Below are positions 19,957 to 33,039 of a DNA stretch of 64,000 nt, piece after piece. Source of the stretch: Anthoceros angustus (Eukaryota > Plantae > Anthocerotophyta). The translations under genes and the position numbers were made by a program. The stretch spans positions 757,002 through 821,001 of the forward strand of contig MU008186.1 of NCBI GenBank assembly GCA_010909165.1, written 5' to 3'. Below the pieces are notes generated by a model. It saw only the letters and a list, made by a program, of their open reading frames with translations, did no database searches and was not told the DNA's origin. The stretch's first letter is position 1. Every line of letters begins with the position of its first letter.

Positions 19957-21509
19957 TTACTGTGACTGTAGGAAGTCTTCAGACTTCCCCATACCAAGAC
20001 CTTTAACATGCCTTGCATGCAGATCCCTTCCAAGGGCTTTAGTAAGTATGTCAGCTGGATTATCAGCTGTTGGGATATATTGCAGTGTGATTTTTCCAGC
20101 TTGCACTAGCTCTCTGATAAAGTGGTATTCCACTTCAACATGCTTGGTTCTTGAGTGAAACACTGGATTTTTGGCTAATGCAATTGAGCCTTGGTTATCT
20201 GTATTTATAGTTGTACAAGTTGGTAAGCTTATGCCCATTTCTTTAAACAATAGCTTGAGCCATACAACTTCTTTAGCAGCAGCAGTTAGGACTCTGTATT
20301 CAGCCTCTGTACTGGAAAGGGCTACTGTTGGCTGCTTTTTGCTGCTCCAACAGATAGGGCCTCCAGCAAAACAAATAACATACCCTGATACTGACTTCCT
20401 TGTGTCTATGTCCCCTGCATAGTCAGAGTCAGTATATACCTCTAGGTCTAGGGCATCCTTTTGATGCTGATACTTCAGCCCTAAGTCTGCTGTACCCTTT
20501 AGGTATCTAAACACTCGTTTGAGACTTTGCCAGTGTTCTTGACCAGGGTTTTCTAAGTACTGGGATAGCACACTTGTAGAATATGCTATCTCTAATCTAG
20601 TTGTATTTGAGGCATAGATTAATTTCCCTACACCCTTCCTGTAAGGTATGTTAGCCATAGCATCCTTCTCATTTTGTGTTTCAGGACTCATGTCTTTGCT
20701 GAGTTTAAGTCCAATAGGAAGTGGGGTTGCTGCAGGTTTAGCATCCTTAAGCCCCATTTGTTCAGCACTATCTAGGATGTACCTAGGCTGAGTTAGAGTG
20801 ATAAGTCTTCTACTCCTATCTCGCTGAACATGTATTCCTAGACAGCTGTGAAGTGGTCCTAGGTTTGTCATATCAAATTTAGCTGCTAACAGTCCATTCA
20901 GTTCTAGAATATAGTTAGGGCTGTTGCAAACTAATATCAGGTCGTCTACATAGACAGCCAGATAGCAAACCACTTCACCTTTCCTTTGGACATACAAACT
21001 GCCATCAGCCTTACATTTCTCAAAGCCTAAAGTCTGAAGCTCTTCATCAAGGGATTCGTTCCACTTTAGAGTTGACTGTTTAAGGCCATATAGAGTTTTC
21101 TTCAAAAGAAGAACATGATCCTCTTTCCCTTTAACCTCATAGCCTGGTGGCTGCTGCATGTAGATTTCTGTGTCAAGCTTCCCATGAAGGAAAGCTGTCT
21201 TCACATCAAACATTTGTAACTCATAGTCTTTGAATGCAGCTTCTGCGCAGAGAGTTCGAAAGGTAGCCATCTTTACAACAGGTGCATATGTCTCAAAATA
21301 GTCAAGGCCTGGTACTTGGGAGAAGCCTCGAGCAACAAGCGAGCTTTGTACCTATCAAAGGTACCATCAGCCTTCACTTTGAGCTTGAATACCCACTTAC
21401 AAGACACCATTTTTCGTCCTGGAGGTAATTCAGCAAGTTCCCAAGTGCCATTTTTTATTAACGAGTCATACTCTGACTGTATGGCCATCTGGTCACAGTC
21501 TGTGGCCAC
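19957..21509 (-). CDS. pol: Copia reverse transcriptase-RNase H (a 1-bp frameshift near 21335, otherwise open)
   Basis: CKWVFKLK, FDVKTAFLHG, LKKTLYGLKQS, YVDDL, YTDSDYAGD, SSTEAEY, RTKHVEVEYHFIRE, ADILTK. Confidence 0.95.
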
Positions 21510-24419
21510 AGTCTGGTTTACTCTGAAGGTAGTCTGATCGGGTGTGAGGAGGACGTCCAGGACGAACCTGAGGACACCGAGGGCTTTGCGGATGGCATTC
21601 TACCATGTGGGGAGGACAAAGATGCGCGTTGGAGGAAGTCAAGGTGGGTCAAGAGGAGGAGGAGAACTCAAGAAGAGGCGAGGATGACCTCGGGATATTA
21701 TCCTGCACGTGATGGTTCACGGCGGTCGCTCGGATCGCGGAGGAGTGCAGTGCAGGCCTTCACAGTGGGAAATGTGAAGAAAGGGGGAACACAGGAGAGG
21801 CCCTGCAGATGGCAAACACATTCCTGAAAGGGACGGGCGGTAGCGAAAGCCAAACCTGTGGCAAGGCGGAGAAGCCTGGAATTGTGGAGGAGGAGGAGGA
21901 AGAGGATCCACCGCCAAGGTTGTGGAGAGATCTAAGGGCAGTAGTCGCCATTGGCGATGATAGGCTCGGCGCCATAAAAGCGAGATGCAAGTCGGGACGT
22001 CGAAAGGACGGTATTGCTATCAAGAGTCCGGGAGTCTACCTTGAAGTTGCCAATCAAGTCGCCGCACTCCCAAGATCCGTGTGAGGCAACAAGGTGAGGA
22101 AGCCGGATCTCGCGTGGGTAGAGGCTTTGATGCGTAAGATGAAACACGCCATGGGTAGCCGGTGTCTGCCAATGGTTGTGGTTGTCGACCTCTCGCAATG
22201 TCCTCACAAAGAGAACTTTGACGCGTTGAGAAGGTGGGATGAGGGCTTTACAATTTCTTCGCCTTGGGAGGGAACCATTCCTTCCGTGCAAGGTCCCGCT
22301 CGATCCGCACTCAATGAAGGAAGAGTTCAAGTGGATGGATGCATATGTGCTAATGGACTCATCGAGGACGAGATGAGGATCGATGAGTCCGAGTCACTGA
22401 AGTCCCGCCAGTGAAACCGCGGACGTCCGGTGCGGCGGTGAGTATCATGGACACCACGGCGGCAGACAAACCGAGGCTTCCGGATCCCCATGTGGTATTG
22501 AAGAAGCATTGTTGGGATGCCTCGCCACCGGAGTATCGGGTTGCTCCCAACAAGCAAAGATCATGGGTTGCTTCAATTTAGCCATAGCGGTGGCCATAGC
22601 GGTGTAGTAGCTGTCTGGAGCTCTTCGTCCATTGGACACGGCATGGAAATGGTATAACCGGAGGAGCATTCAAGAACCCAAGTGGCTCTTCCAGATGAAG
22701 TGATAGTGGATTTACACTAGCTAGACGATATTTGGACATGAGCGAGAGGTTTATACAGTAGGCCACAGAATGCTGCAAGAAGGGAACGCCTAGAACAAAG
22801 AAGATGCAGGATTGCACAGTAGATCCAGTGGCATGATGATTGCGGTCCAGCGGAGATGATCCGACGGCCGTCCTTTCTCGCTGGGTGGGCTGGATGTAGA
22901 CCATGAAGTCACTGGACCAGTAGCGCAAGTCCACCGGTGGCGATCAAAACCCTAATGCATTGGAGGGTAGGTATTTGGAAGAGTGGGTGCTACAACCCTC
23001 CCAGCCGTAGAAAAGGTCGACGCAGTGCACCCTTTGAAGAAACATGTGCAACCAATCAAGCTTTTGGAGACCACAATCATGGGTTATGATTTCGAGGTTG
23101 ACGAGGAACAAGACTTTGAGCAAAGACACAATGGACATCTTTGGGGAGGAAGGTCTTGAGTTACAGGCGAGCCAAGTGAGGCAGAAGCTTTGCTTCCTCC
23201 ACACATTGATGGTGAAGCAAGTGGTGACGAGCAGATTGATTCCGAAGACTTGGACAGCGTTGAATCTTAGATGCATCAGATTGATTATTTGGTAGACTTC
23301 TTTGGAAGGTGTGGACTGGGTGAGAGCAGGATCTTAACCCACCAAGGATTCGAGAATTTCGAGGTTGGCCCAGGAGAGATCTTGAGTGAGGCAGGTGAAT
23401 ACATAGTCGTGGCATAGATGTTTTGAGGGTATATGTGGATGTGTGATCCAGTGTTCATGTTTTGACATAGAGTTTTGATCTTGATGCATTGTGCCCTTGT
23501 ACCGGATGTCCGTGCTAAAGCTCTCAGTCGGTTTTTAATTGTGGTGAGCAATCCGGCAAGCTGTTCGGCGGCCAGCGGTATTTGGGTTTTGTGATAGGGT
23601 GCGAGGCTCGAGCCTTACGTGATTGAGGTGCGGTAGCGGGCTTTTGGTGACAGGCGGGGTTGGGGGCGGTGAGGGCGTAAACGCCTGCGCTGCCGTGTGA
23701 TGGGGAGCGGACGGAGGCGTGCGGCCAAGAGCAGTCGGCGTGAGGGAGCCGGATTACAGGCCGTGCGCCACGCGTCCAGATTCTAATGAGGCGGCGGTCA
23801 CAGGGGCCGAGGGGCAGGCCATTTGCGATGAGGCGGGGAGGCGGGGTGCAATAATGACTATATGGGCGGGGTGCCTATACTGCAGAAGCCTTCCAATGTC
23901 TTTTCTCTCTCTCTTCGTTAACTTCCTTTCCGTCATTTTGTTTTTCCAATCCTTTTACACAATAAAAGGATTATCATCCTTCTCGTAATTAGGCTCTAAT
24001 CAAAATAGTTTTTGGTTAAATCACACATATTCTATTGGAGTAGATGGAGTGTAATATGGTTGTGTCTTCTCTTGAATAGTACTTTTTGAGCTGCTGATTG
24101 TATGGTCCGGATAAATGTATAATCATTTGAATATTTCATCCAAGCGAGAATATTTCAATTTAAACCATTGTCGAATTCATATATAAAACTTATCTATTTT
24201 TAACTTTAGTACTCACCTCAAAGAGTGAAAACAACTCGTTTTGATTCTTGATAACTACAAACAAAAAGTAAAAGTAATTAGTCATTTACCTCCATTTCAA
24301 TTCGGAGAAGATCTTTCTTTGCATATACCTTTTACAAGCGTTAAACACGTGTGAAGATTCCCCACCTGGAAATGTGATCGTATGTTACGAAGAAACATAA
24401 ACATTAGAATTTTTCTTGG

Positions 24420-25480
24420 AATGCAAGCGGATATTACCTTTCAAGCGATGTACCTTTTGAATATTTTTCGTTGTCTCGGTTCTTCCATGAGAGACAACAA
24501 GTTCGTTTTCAACTCCTTATTTTCAATTGCCTATCTGCATTCAATGCATACGAATTACATTACATAGAATTATATGTAATGAAAATAATAGAGAAAGAGT
24601 TATCGCGCTTACTTGCTTGGATCTCATCTGTCTGCTCGAATGTTGGGTTGGACCCATCTTCATTCAAGATGGGCTGTGCTCTTTTAGACTATGCTCCCAA
24701 ATTGCGAATACTTAGTTTTAAAGTCTTGAAAAGTGGTGGATATTGAAAATTGCTCATCCACTTTCCAAACTCGGTGAACTCAAGTGACGGCCGTAAGTTG
24801 GTCCATCCTCCTTGAAGTCATCAATTTTCTCTTTTTGCACGATCAAAAACCAAAATCATTACTTTCTTAAACCAAAATCATATTAATCCAAATTATATAC
24901 ATTATACATTTTGTATTGGAGATGGCTGCGTTGTCAATGTTGTTGTCAATCTATCGACTTTGTCCTTTATATTTTTTGGACGACTTGTTTTCCGGCGATA
25001 CGAATGCCAAGTTATAAAGGTAAATGTGAAGAAGCAAAGAAGGTATGAATGTAATTTGATTACCTCGATCTTGCTGGATTGAACTTTGATATCCCTCAAC
25101 ATTGTTTGCATTGAAAATCGGTGTCCATTAAACCTTTCCACAAGTGTGTATGTTTCCGGCTCAATTGTTTGTTGTCGAAGGTTCTTTTTTAATATCCTGC
25201 GAGATAAATTTAGGGTTAAGATTTTGGATTTGAGCATACTTAGATCAATTTATGAATTAAAGAAAAGCTTACCTTCTTTATCTTATTCAATCAAGGTGCA
25301 TCTCGCAAAAGATGCTTAAGGTCTTGTTTGTCCATGATGAGAACATTGTGTGCTCGCAGAGGACGCAACCCACGGTTTTGTTAGACTCACCAACGAGAAC
25401 ATACAGACTAACAACAATCATTTTTCCGAATACCTTTTTCTACGATCTTTCTTATCTCCAGTGGTGGTTCAAACTGAAGC
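24420..25480 (-). pseudogene. AT-rich, intron-containing gene remnant of unknown identity
   Basis: Canonical minus-strand splice sites: intron 25197-25272 (GTAAGC..GCAG), donor GTAATC at 25063, donor GTAAGC at 24612. Open exon 25064-25196 (ILKKNLRQQTIEPETYTLVERFNGHRF...). Neighbouring exons do not join cleanly in frame. Confidence 0.35.
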
Positions 25481-25777
25481 CATATCCGGATCCCCATGGG
25501 TGGGAAGTAATTTGTCGAGTGGCGCTCAGTGGTGGCGCCCGTAGTTGCTAGGGGTTGACACAATAAATATTAGTAAAAGTAAAAAGCAAAGTAAAAACGT
25601 AAATACGAAGAACAATCAAGTACCTTCTTGGATTTGAAAATCGTTATTGCCGTTGTCGATTCCATCTGATTCAAACGAAAAGCCACCGTAACACCGTCAA
25701 ATCAAGCGCCAAGACGCATCAAGACATCGCGCATCAAAACACTGACGACGCGCCAGACAAAGATCATGATGAGCAAG

Positions 25778-26027
25778 AGAGGATCGTGGGGCAGCAAGGC
25801 CGGTGGAAAGAGGAGAGGAGAGGAGGAGGAGCTCTCTCACATTGAGATGAGGCTTGGAGGTATTTATACCTCCAATAGGGCTCCCTAGGAAGCTCCACAA
25901 GAAGCCCTAGGAAGGAGCACAAGAAGCTTCCTAGTGATTAGCTTAAGCTAAACTAATGATACTTAATCGACACCTAACTTAGACTAAGTGTATTAGTCTA
26001 AGTACATTGGGCTTTAATACCCTTACA
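25778..26027 (-). repeat. 3' LTR of copia element 2
   Basis: On minus it starts TGTAAGGGTATTAAAGCCC after the PPT AAGTGGGAGG (26029-26038). Nearly identical to 60149-60401. Confidence 0.88.
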
Positions 26028-29000
26028 ACCTCCCACTTAAAGGCCAATTTACCTTCAGAGGAGAATGGACTATCTCATGCCCATCTGTCCGAGCTTGTGC
26101 AAATTGCTGTAGAGAGTCCCTTGGTAAGAATATCTCAGGGGTTGGTGGTGAACCTTGACAAGTTGTACCCTCTTGTCCCAACACCTCTCGAATGAAGTGA
26201 TACTTCACATCCACATGTTTAGTCTTCGCATGAAACATCGGATTCTTTGCCAATTGGATAGCACTGCTATCACAATGCAACACCGGCAGCCTCAACCTTG
26301 ATCCCCAAGTCTCCCACTAAACGAGCAAGCCATATGGCTTCCTTGCAAGCCTCTGCAACATACTCGGCCTGTGGTAGATAGCGAATGCACGATCGCAAAC
26401 GAGATCGCCATGAGATCGCCTCCAAAGCACACGTGAAGACATAACTCGATGTGGACCTCCTTTTGTCCATATCCTCGCATAATCGATCTGGTACCCAACC
26501 ACATGCATCTTCACTACCAAAACATATGCACAAAGCTTTTGTACCATTCGATACCTCATAACTCCTTTTATCGCCTCCCAATGCTTCTTGCCGTGGTTTG
26601 ACATAAACTGCTAACCACTCCCACGCAAAGGCAATGTCGACGTAGCAATCATTGCATACATCAAACTCCCTACATGATGAGTATGGGACCTTCTCCACTT
26701 TGTCCTCCTCGTAGCTTGGGCAATCCGCGCTTGAAAGTTTCACATATGGAGGCAATGGAGTACCCAATGGCTTCCCTTCTCCATGTTGAAACGTTGAAGC
26801 ACACGTTAATGTATTCAGAGACAAAATAAAGCGACGCTTATGTCCTGCTCCGACACGCATGCCAAGTATATGGCTCGCCTCCCAAGTCTCGCTATTTCAA
26901 AGTGAGCATTCAACTTTGACTTCAACGAAATCCAAGATCGCTCCAAAGAATTAGCATATCATCCACATAGAGGATCAAAATGAGCAAGCTTTGATCCTTA
27001 GCTTGCTCAGATAGAGGCAATGATCCTCATCGCCACGCTTTGTAGCCTTGAGAAAGCATAAATGAGTGGAACTTGTGATACCACCGGGTGCCCGTTTCAA
27101 ACCATAAAGGCTCTTCCTCAACTCGCACACCGATGCTCTTTGCCCTTCTCAACAAAACCTTCCGTTGTGCATGTAGACGCCCCTCTTGAAGGTCACCATG
27201 CAAGAATGCCGTTGACATCCATCCGCATAAGTTCCATATCATCTCGCAACCAAAGCAAGAACACATCGCAAAGTTGTCATTTTGACTATCGGTGAGAAAA
27301 TCTCATCAAAGTCAATGCCTGTTGTTGCTTGAAACCCTTAGCAACCAATCGCCTTGTACTTTGGTTTGCCATCAAGTATGACCTTCATCTTGTACACCAT
27401 TTGCACTGAGTGCCTTCTTATCCTAGCAACCAACCAACTCCCAAGTTTGGTTCTTATGCGTAATTCATTTCGATCGCATGGCCTTCTCCCACTTCTTGTT
27501 ACTCGTTGACATGGCCTCTTTGTAAGAAGAGGGTTCCCCACAACTGTCGATAACATAATCCGAGATGGATCATACCGTGAGGTCGTGTAATCCGCCTCGA
27601 CCACGGCAGTGCACCTCTATAGGTGCTTGTTCGACTCTTGGTTCATCTATGGTGGAGGAATGTGCTCGCACATTACCACCAAACCCCGCCATGATGATCA
27701 TGTCCATCTTCTTGGAAGATCACCCTTCGCACCTCCACGCTTGGAGTAGGCTTCTGCGTGCATCTTGTTCTCATTGAAGAACACGTACGAACAACCTTTC
27801 TAGCCTCGGATCCCACAAACGGTATCCCATCTCACCGAATCACCATAGCCAAGAAAAATACATTTCTTGGACTTAGGTGCCAACTTGTCCGAAACTCTTT
27901 TGGAACATGGCAAGATGCCTCACAGCCCAAACACTCGCATGCTTGTAGGATGGTTTCTTTCCGCACCATAGCTCCTCCGAACTCGCTCATCAATGCCTTA
28001 TTAGGAGATCTCATTAAGATGAATGCAGTGACATCGCCCAAAACCCATTAGGCAATCCGAGTTTGACAACAAACTACGCATCCTCTCCTCGAATGGTTCT
28101 GCTCATCCGCCGCCCACACCATTTTGTGGAGGAGTATACTGCAAATTCTTTTGATTCCCTTGGAATCAATGACTGAAAGCTGAAACATACTCGCCACCAT
28201 TATCCGCCCTTAGACACTTCAATCGGTGACCGATTCTCTACAAGGGTGACAAATTTCAAACACCGCCGAACTTCATCCTTTTTCCTCAAAGGATAAAACC
28301 CACACCTTGCGTGAGAAATCATCTATGAAAGTGACAAAATAGAGGCACCGCCTAATGATGCAGGCATAGGTCCACATACATCAGTGAACCAACTCAAGAG
28401 GTTTACTCCTACTTTTACCTCGTGTTCGATGTGATGATTTTGTCTGCTTTCCCATATAAACAAAGGCTCACATCGAGAGATCAGAAGTTAAGAACAGGAT
28501 ATAACCGTAACGAGATAAAACCTTCATTCCCTTCTCGAGACATATGTCCTAACCGCAATGCCACAAGGAAACATTTGGTGCTCTCAACGATCACATGATC
28601 TTTGATGTTTACTCAAGTGAGTACAAAGTGCCACACTTCGATCCACGAGCTAACACAAGAGAACCTTTGGAGATCTTCCAAGAGTGATCCCCAAAACCAG
28701 TGGTAACCAAAGATCATCCAACCGCCCGCGCTAATCATGCTCTTTGTCAACTTCGAACATGCCTAACGCCCTTCAAAGATGAATGAAGATCCGTTGTCAA
28801 ACTTGAGTTGCACATCACCCACGCCCGCGATCCGCATGCATAGTTATTTCCAAGCCTAACGATCCTTTCCTTGTAGCATCATACGTTAAACCACTCTATG
28901 AGGAGTAACATGGAAAGATGCACCGAGTCAATTATCCAATTGCGTAATAAATGACTATCCACACGTTAATCAGATTCAAGTAAGAAGAGATAAGGACATC

Positions 29001-29950
29001 TCCGCCCCTCCGTAGTTTAACTCTTCCAACTCGATGACGTCGCCTTCTTGTCGCCCCGCTTCTTCTTTTCCTTGGTCCTTTTGAACTTCACTCTTTTGAA
29101 GTGACCCCTTTTGTGACAATAGTGACACTCCACATTCTTGTTACGACTACGAGATTTGCTACGAGAGAAGCTCGTCCTATTGCTTCCCTTCGCAGCGGAC
29201 CTCCCTCTCACTATGAGGGCACCGGAACCTTTGAAGGTTCCATGTTTTTCCTGCTCACCTCGCCAATGTGCTACCTTCTACATTTACAATGGTAAGACCA
29301 CCAAAGTGAATTACTCGAGTCGCATTTAAAGGTGTCCCAACTCTCCGTAATGTGACCAATGTAAACATAGCTCTCACTAACTGGGAACGTGATACCTTGA
29401 GATGAGAGTCCTGAAAATGGTATTGAAATCATTCGATGATCGGACATCCTCGTCCCTTCCTTCATCTTCAAGTCCACCAAATGTTTCAACCAATACACCG
29501 AGAAGCCGCACTTTGCTTCTCATACAGTCACATCCGCCATCCGTAACTCGTGGTCTTATCTTTCACATTGAAGTACACTGCTTTTGACAATGTTAGCATG
29601 ATAGTAGATCTAGCAAGCTCATCCAGTCCCGCCACTCATCCCGTCATACTATCCGGTTTGACGCCTAACAACTTTATGGGCTTGATCCGCTCGCACTAGA
29701 ACATTATACACTTGTTCTTTCCGTAACGGAAGTTAGTACCATCTAACTTCTCGATATTGAACATGATTTTCGATGATGAAGACATCATGACTCAAAATCG
29801 ATACAGAGAAACACTCGACTCGCCTCATATCGGGGTAAAAGTCAAAGAAGAAAGTCAGCCACCGGTGACGCTGGCCCGTGGTATTTTCCTTTTCGCTGGA
29901 CTATTCCGACTCCCGAATGTTCCGTCCTCAACATTCTCGATGTTGACGAC
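25778..29950 (-). mobile_element. Ty1/copia element 2 (gag-PR-INT-RT-RH heavily frameshifted, 5' LTR not found)
   Basis: Gag FDIEKLDGTNF (~29750), zinc knuckle CHYCHKRGH (29017-29211), integrase CLRADNGGEY and CVFLGY-type motifs, RT AFLHGDL, RNase H FHAKTKHVDVKYHFIRE. Confidence 0.9.
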
Positions 29951-31822
29951 TTCTGCCACGCCCGGCTGCTCCCGGCAAGACCTTACACTGACGGAATGGC
30001 TACTACATATAGGCATACGCCACGCCTCGGGCGTTTCAGATGTCTCATTGCATGGCGCCAGAGAGACTGTCGAGCCATCTACGCGGACACGTGGCGCACT
30101 GCCGCCTAGCTGCCATAACAGCTCTCAAGCCTGTTACAGCCAAGCCGCCACCAGTTGCCTTGGCTACGCCTCAATGGCCAACAAGTTCGGTTGGATGCCC
30201 ACAAGCCAGTGCATGGCCGAGTGCGGGGTCAATACTGCTCGTGCATGGGCGTAGCCGCTTCAGTCTCCCGCTGGGCTGTCGGGCGCAGCCTACAGCTTCA
30301 AGGTCTTCGGCCGGGCTTGGCCCACCTTTCACATGCGCCGCAGTTCTCAAGGTCTCTGGCCGGCGCCAGCGTTTGTGGGCCGGCAGTGCCACAAGATGCC
30401 CCAACCCTCACGGCAACCGCTGGTCATGCAAGCTCAAGATGCCGCTTTCGTGCGCACACCAAAAGTCGGGCTACTGCCGGCCTGACGGCATTCCACGCGC
30501 CCGCGGTCCGCAGGCCCGCCCGCCCATGCCCGCACGGCCTACCAGCAAAGTAGCCTCCCAGGAGGTTACTTAGGGAGCAAGGGAAGAAAGCTGCACCAAG
30601 CTTTGAGCACACCAACAAGCAAAGGAAGAAAATCTTGGTGGTCTTGTTACACTTGCGGTGAAAGAAGAAGAATTATTCACAGTGAGGACAACCAATGGGT
30701 AGCTGTGGGCAAGCAGCCTTAGAGCAAAGGATTTCTGTTTTTATGGGGAAGAATGTGAGGGCTTGAGAGATAGCGCCATCCGGATGATTGTGTGGTTCAG
30801 AGCACAAAGGTGGAGACGTGAAGGTCGGAAGGGGAGAAGCTTGTGGTTGACCGGAATCGATGACTCTGTAACAGACAATTGAGACATTGTTGTTTTGTGT
30901 CACAAGTGAAATTATTGGTAGGTGTGGTTTGAAGTATGATTGCTAGGTGTGCTACCTTGGGAGCAGCCGTCGTGGGAGCAGCCACCAGCAGCACAAGTAG
31001 TCTGTGACGCCTTGAGAAATAGATGTGGGAGAAATGTTTAGTGTTTTAGGATGGGAGGTGGCTGTATGTGGGAAAAGACGACCAGGCAGACGGGGTCGGG
31101 GAACCTACGACGACATTCCTCATGTATACCCGACAAAAGCATGGGATTCTTCCCCACCCGTCACCTTTGTGATATGTTATCGATCAACACATTTGTCTTC
31201 AATCGCGGCAAGGGCTGCCCATGTACCCTTCCCGATTTTCAAGACAACAAGGTTGCTTCAACCTTGTAGCATCCGGTAGGAATGCATCCTACTGATAGCA
31301 ATTGGGTAGGCGCCTGACGTTCTATGAATAAAGGTTGCTCGAGGAGACAAGTATGTATAAAGGAACCTGCCATCCATGTAGTCCGTGTTGGTGGAGGAGG
31401 AGGCAGACAGATGGTCGCTGGTCGCACCAAACCGTTGAGCCAGCTACCGATTTTTAACTACAACAACAAGTGGTAACGGAGACTTGGCACAAAGACGCAC
31501 ACCATGCCGAATGTGCTAGATAAGGGGTCGACACCGGGAAGAAGAAGCGATATCTGTGTACTATAAATAATAATAATCTAGTGGTGATGTACATATCCGC
31601 GATATACATCATATATGCAGAATATATCTACAAGTAGGTACCTATACATTATAAAGGTGAAGAAAAAGGTTGATAAAGGAATTGTGACCTTGGTGAGGTG
31701 GAAGGAAAGGTGACAGCTTAATGGGCATGTTACTTTGATATTCGTGTTTGGGCACCATTATCAAATAGTTGTGAAGAGACATTAACGATTGTACTCCCAA
31801 TGGGGTGTACAAAGATGGGGAT

Positions 31823-31838
31823 GAGAGAGAGAGAGAGG
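31823..31838. repeat. (GA)n microsatellite
   Basis: Short gagaga run. Confidence 0.8.
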
Positions 31839-33039
31839 GTCCTTGTTAGGTATGTTGCAATTGCATTTGGGAATTCATAAACAATGGATGAGAGAGGGAT
31901 GTAGTTAAGAGGGTGAAGGGTAGGAGAGAGGGCAAGTTCGTGTTAAGATGGTAGGGCCCACTTGGGGGAAAGGAAATGACAAACTTAATACAAACCTCCA
32001 AATCATGTTGCAAGTTAGAAGTGTAACATAAAATTGCAACAACGACTCAGAATATAGTCCTCGCCCTCCTCTAGGAACTGTCCCTCGACGCCATCGCTTG
32101 AAAACGGGCTTAACCCGGAGCCTCCTCCTCCATTCTCTTGGGGAATGGACCTCTTGCTAACGAGCAGTCCTCCTCTGCTCAGGCGCTACCACCCATCCTC
32201 ACCGCCGCTGAAAAGTCACGCCGAGATCCTACACTTTTTCCGCCGCTGAAAGTCATGTTTGGGCCCACACGCTGCTACGAATCGACGTCTTGCAGTCCAT
32301 GATCGTAGCCCCTGACTATGGTCGCCTCATGCTTGCCAATCCACCTTCTCTCTCACACCTGCACAAAGGTAGATCCCTCTCCGCTCATCTCTGCCTTGAG
32401 CTTGTTTCCTCCTCCGCGCAGTCTTCAGCCTCCTTTTCCCACTCCGCCCCTGACCGTGCTCAGTCTAACAGGACCGATCTCTAGTGACCCTCTCGCCCGG
32501 CTGAAAATTTGAGAGAAATCACAGTATGTGCAAGTACAATCCTTGCCATCATGCCCATGGTCACCTCGTCCACGATGGTCCTTCTTGCAGCTCCTCGATC
32601 CACGGCTTGGAAGTATTACTCTTAAGGTAGAGCAGACCTCCCTCCTCTCCCCTCCTCCTCCTTCCCATCCCTGTCACTCCCTCTTCTCGCATGTCCTACT
32701 GTGCAGCTGCCCCTCTCCCCCTCCTCTTGCCCTAGTGCCTCACACTCCTCCTCCTTATAATCTCCCCTTCATCCTCTTAGCGTGTGTCCCCCTCCTCCTT
32801 CCTTCACTGCAGTCTCCGCAAAGTCCCTCAATCACCCTTGCCATTCTTATGGCCTCCGCTGCAACCTCCTGCTGCTCACCCTAGGGATCGCTGCTTTCAC
32901 CCCTGCACTGGCCACTCCTCACCTCTCCCTCGGTCTTCCGACCGCCTTAACCACCGCTGCTTCCGGCCCATCTCCTCAACACTGTCAGGCGTACCGCCTT
33001 TGTCAGAAACCGGTCGTCGGTGGCCTCAAGCCATTCCTC

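Larger units (their letters stand above)
18464..21545 (-). mobile_element. Ty1/copia element 1, 5'-truncated (RT-RNaseH, antisense gene, 3' LTR)
   Basis: RT-RNaseH ORF, PPT and LTR-like end. No gag or integrase recognisable upstream of ~21545. Confidence 0.85.

Noticed and set aside
25515-25556. GGCGC..GCGCC hairpin followed by CTAG as a Helitron 3' end
   Set aside because: The stem is only ~5 bp, CTAG is followed by G rather than T, and no 5' TC end or RepHel motifs were found.
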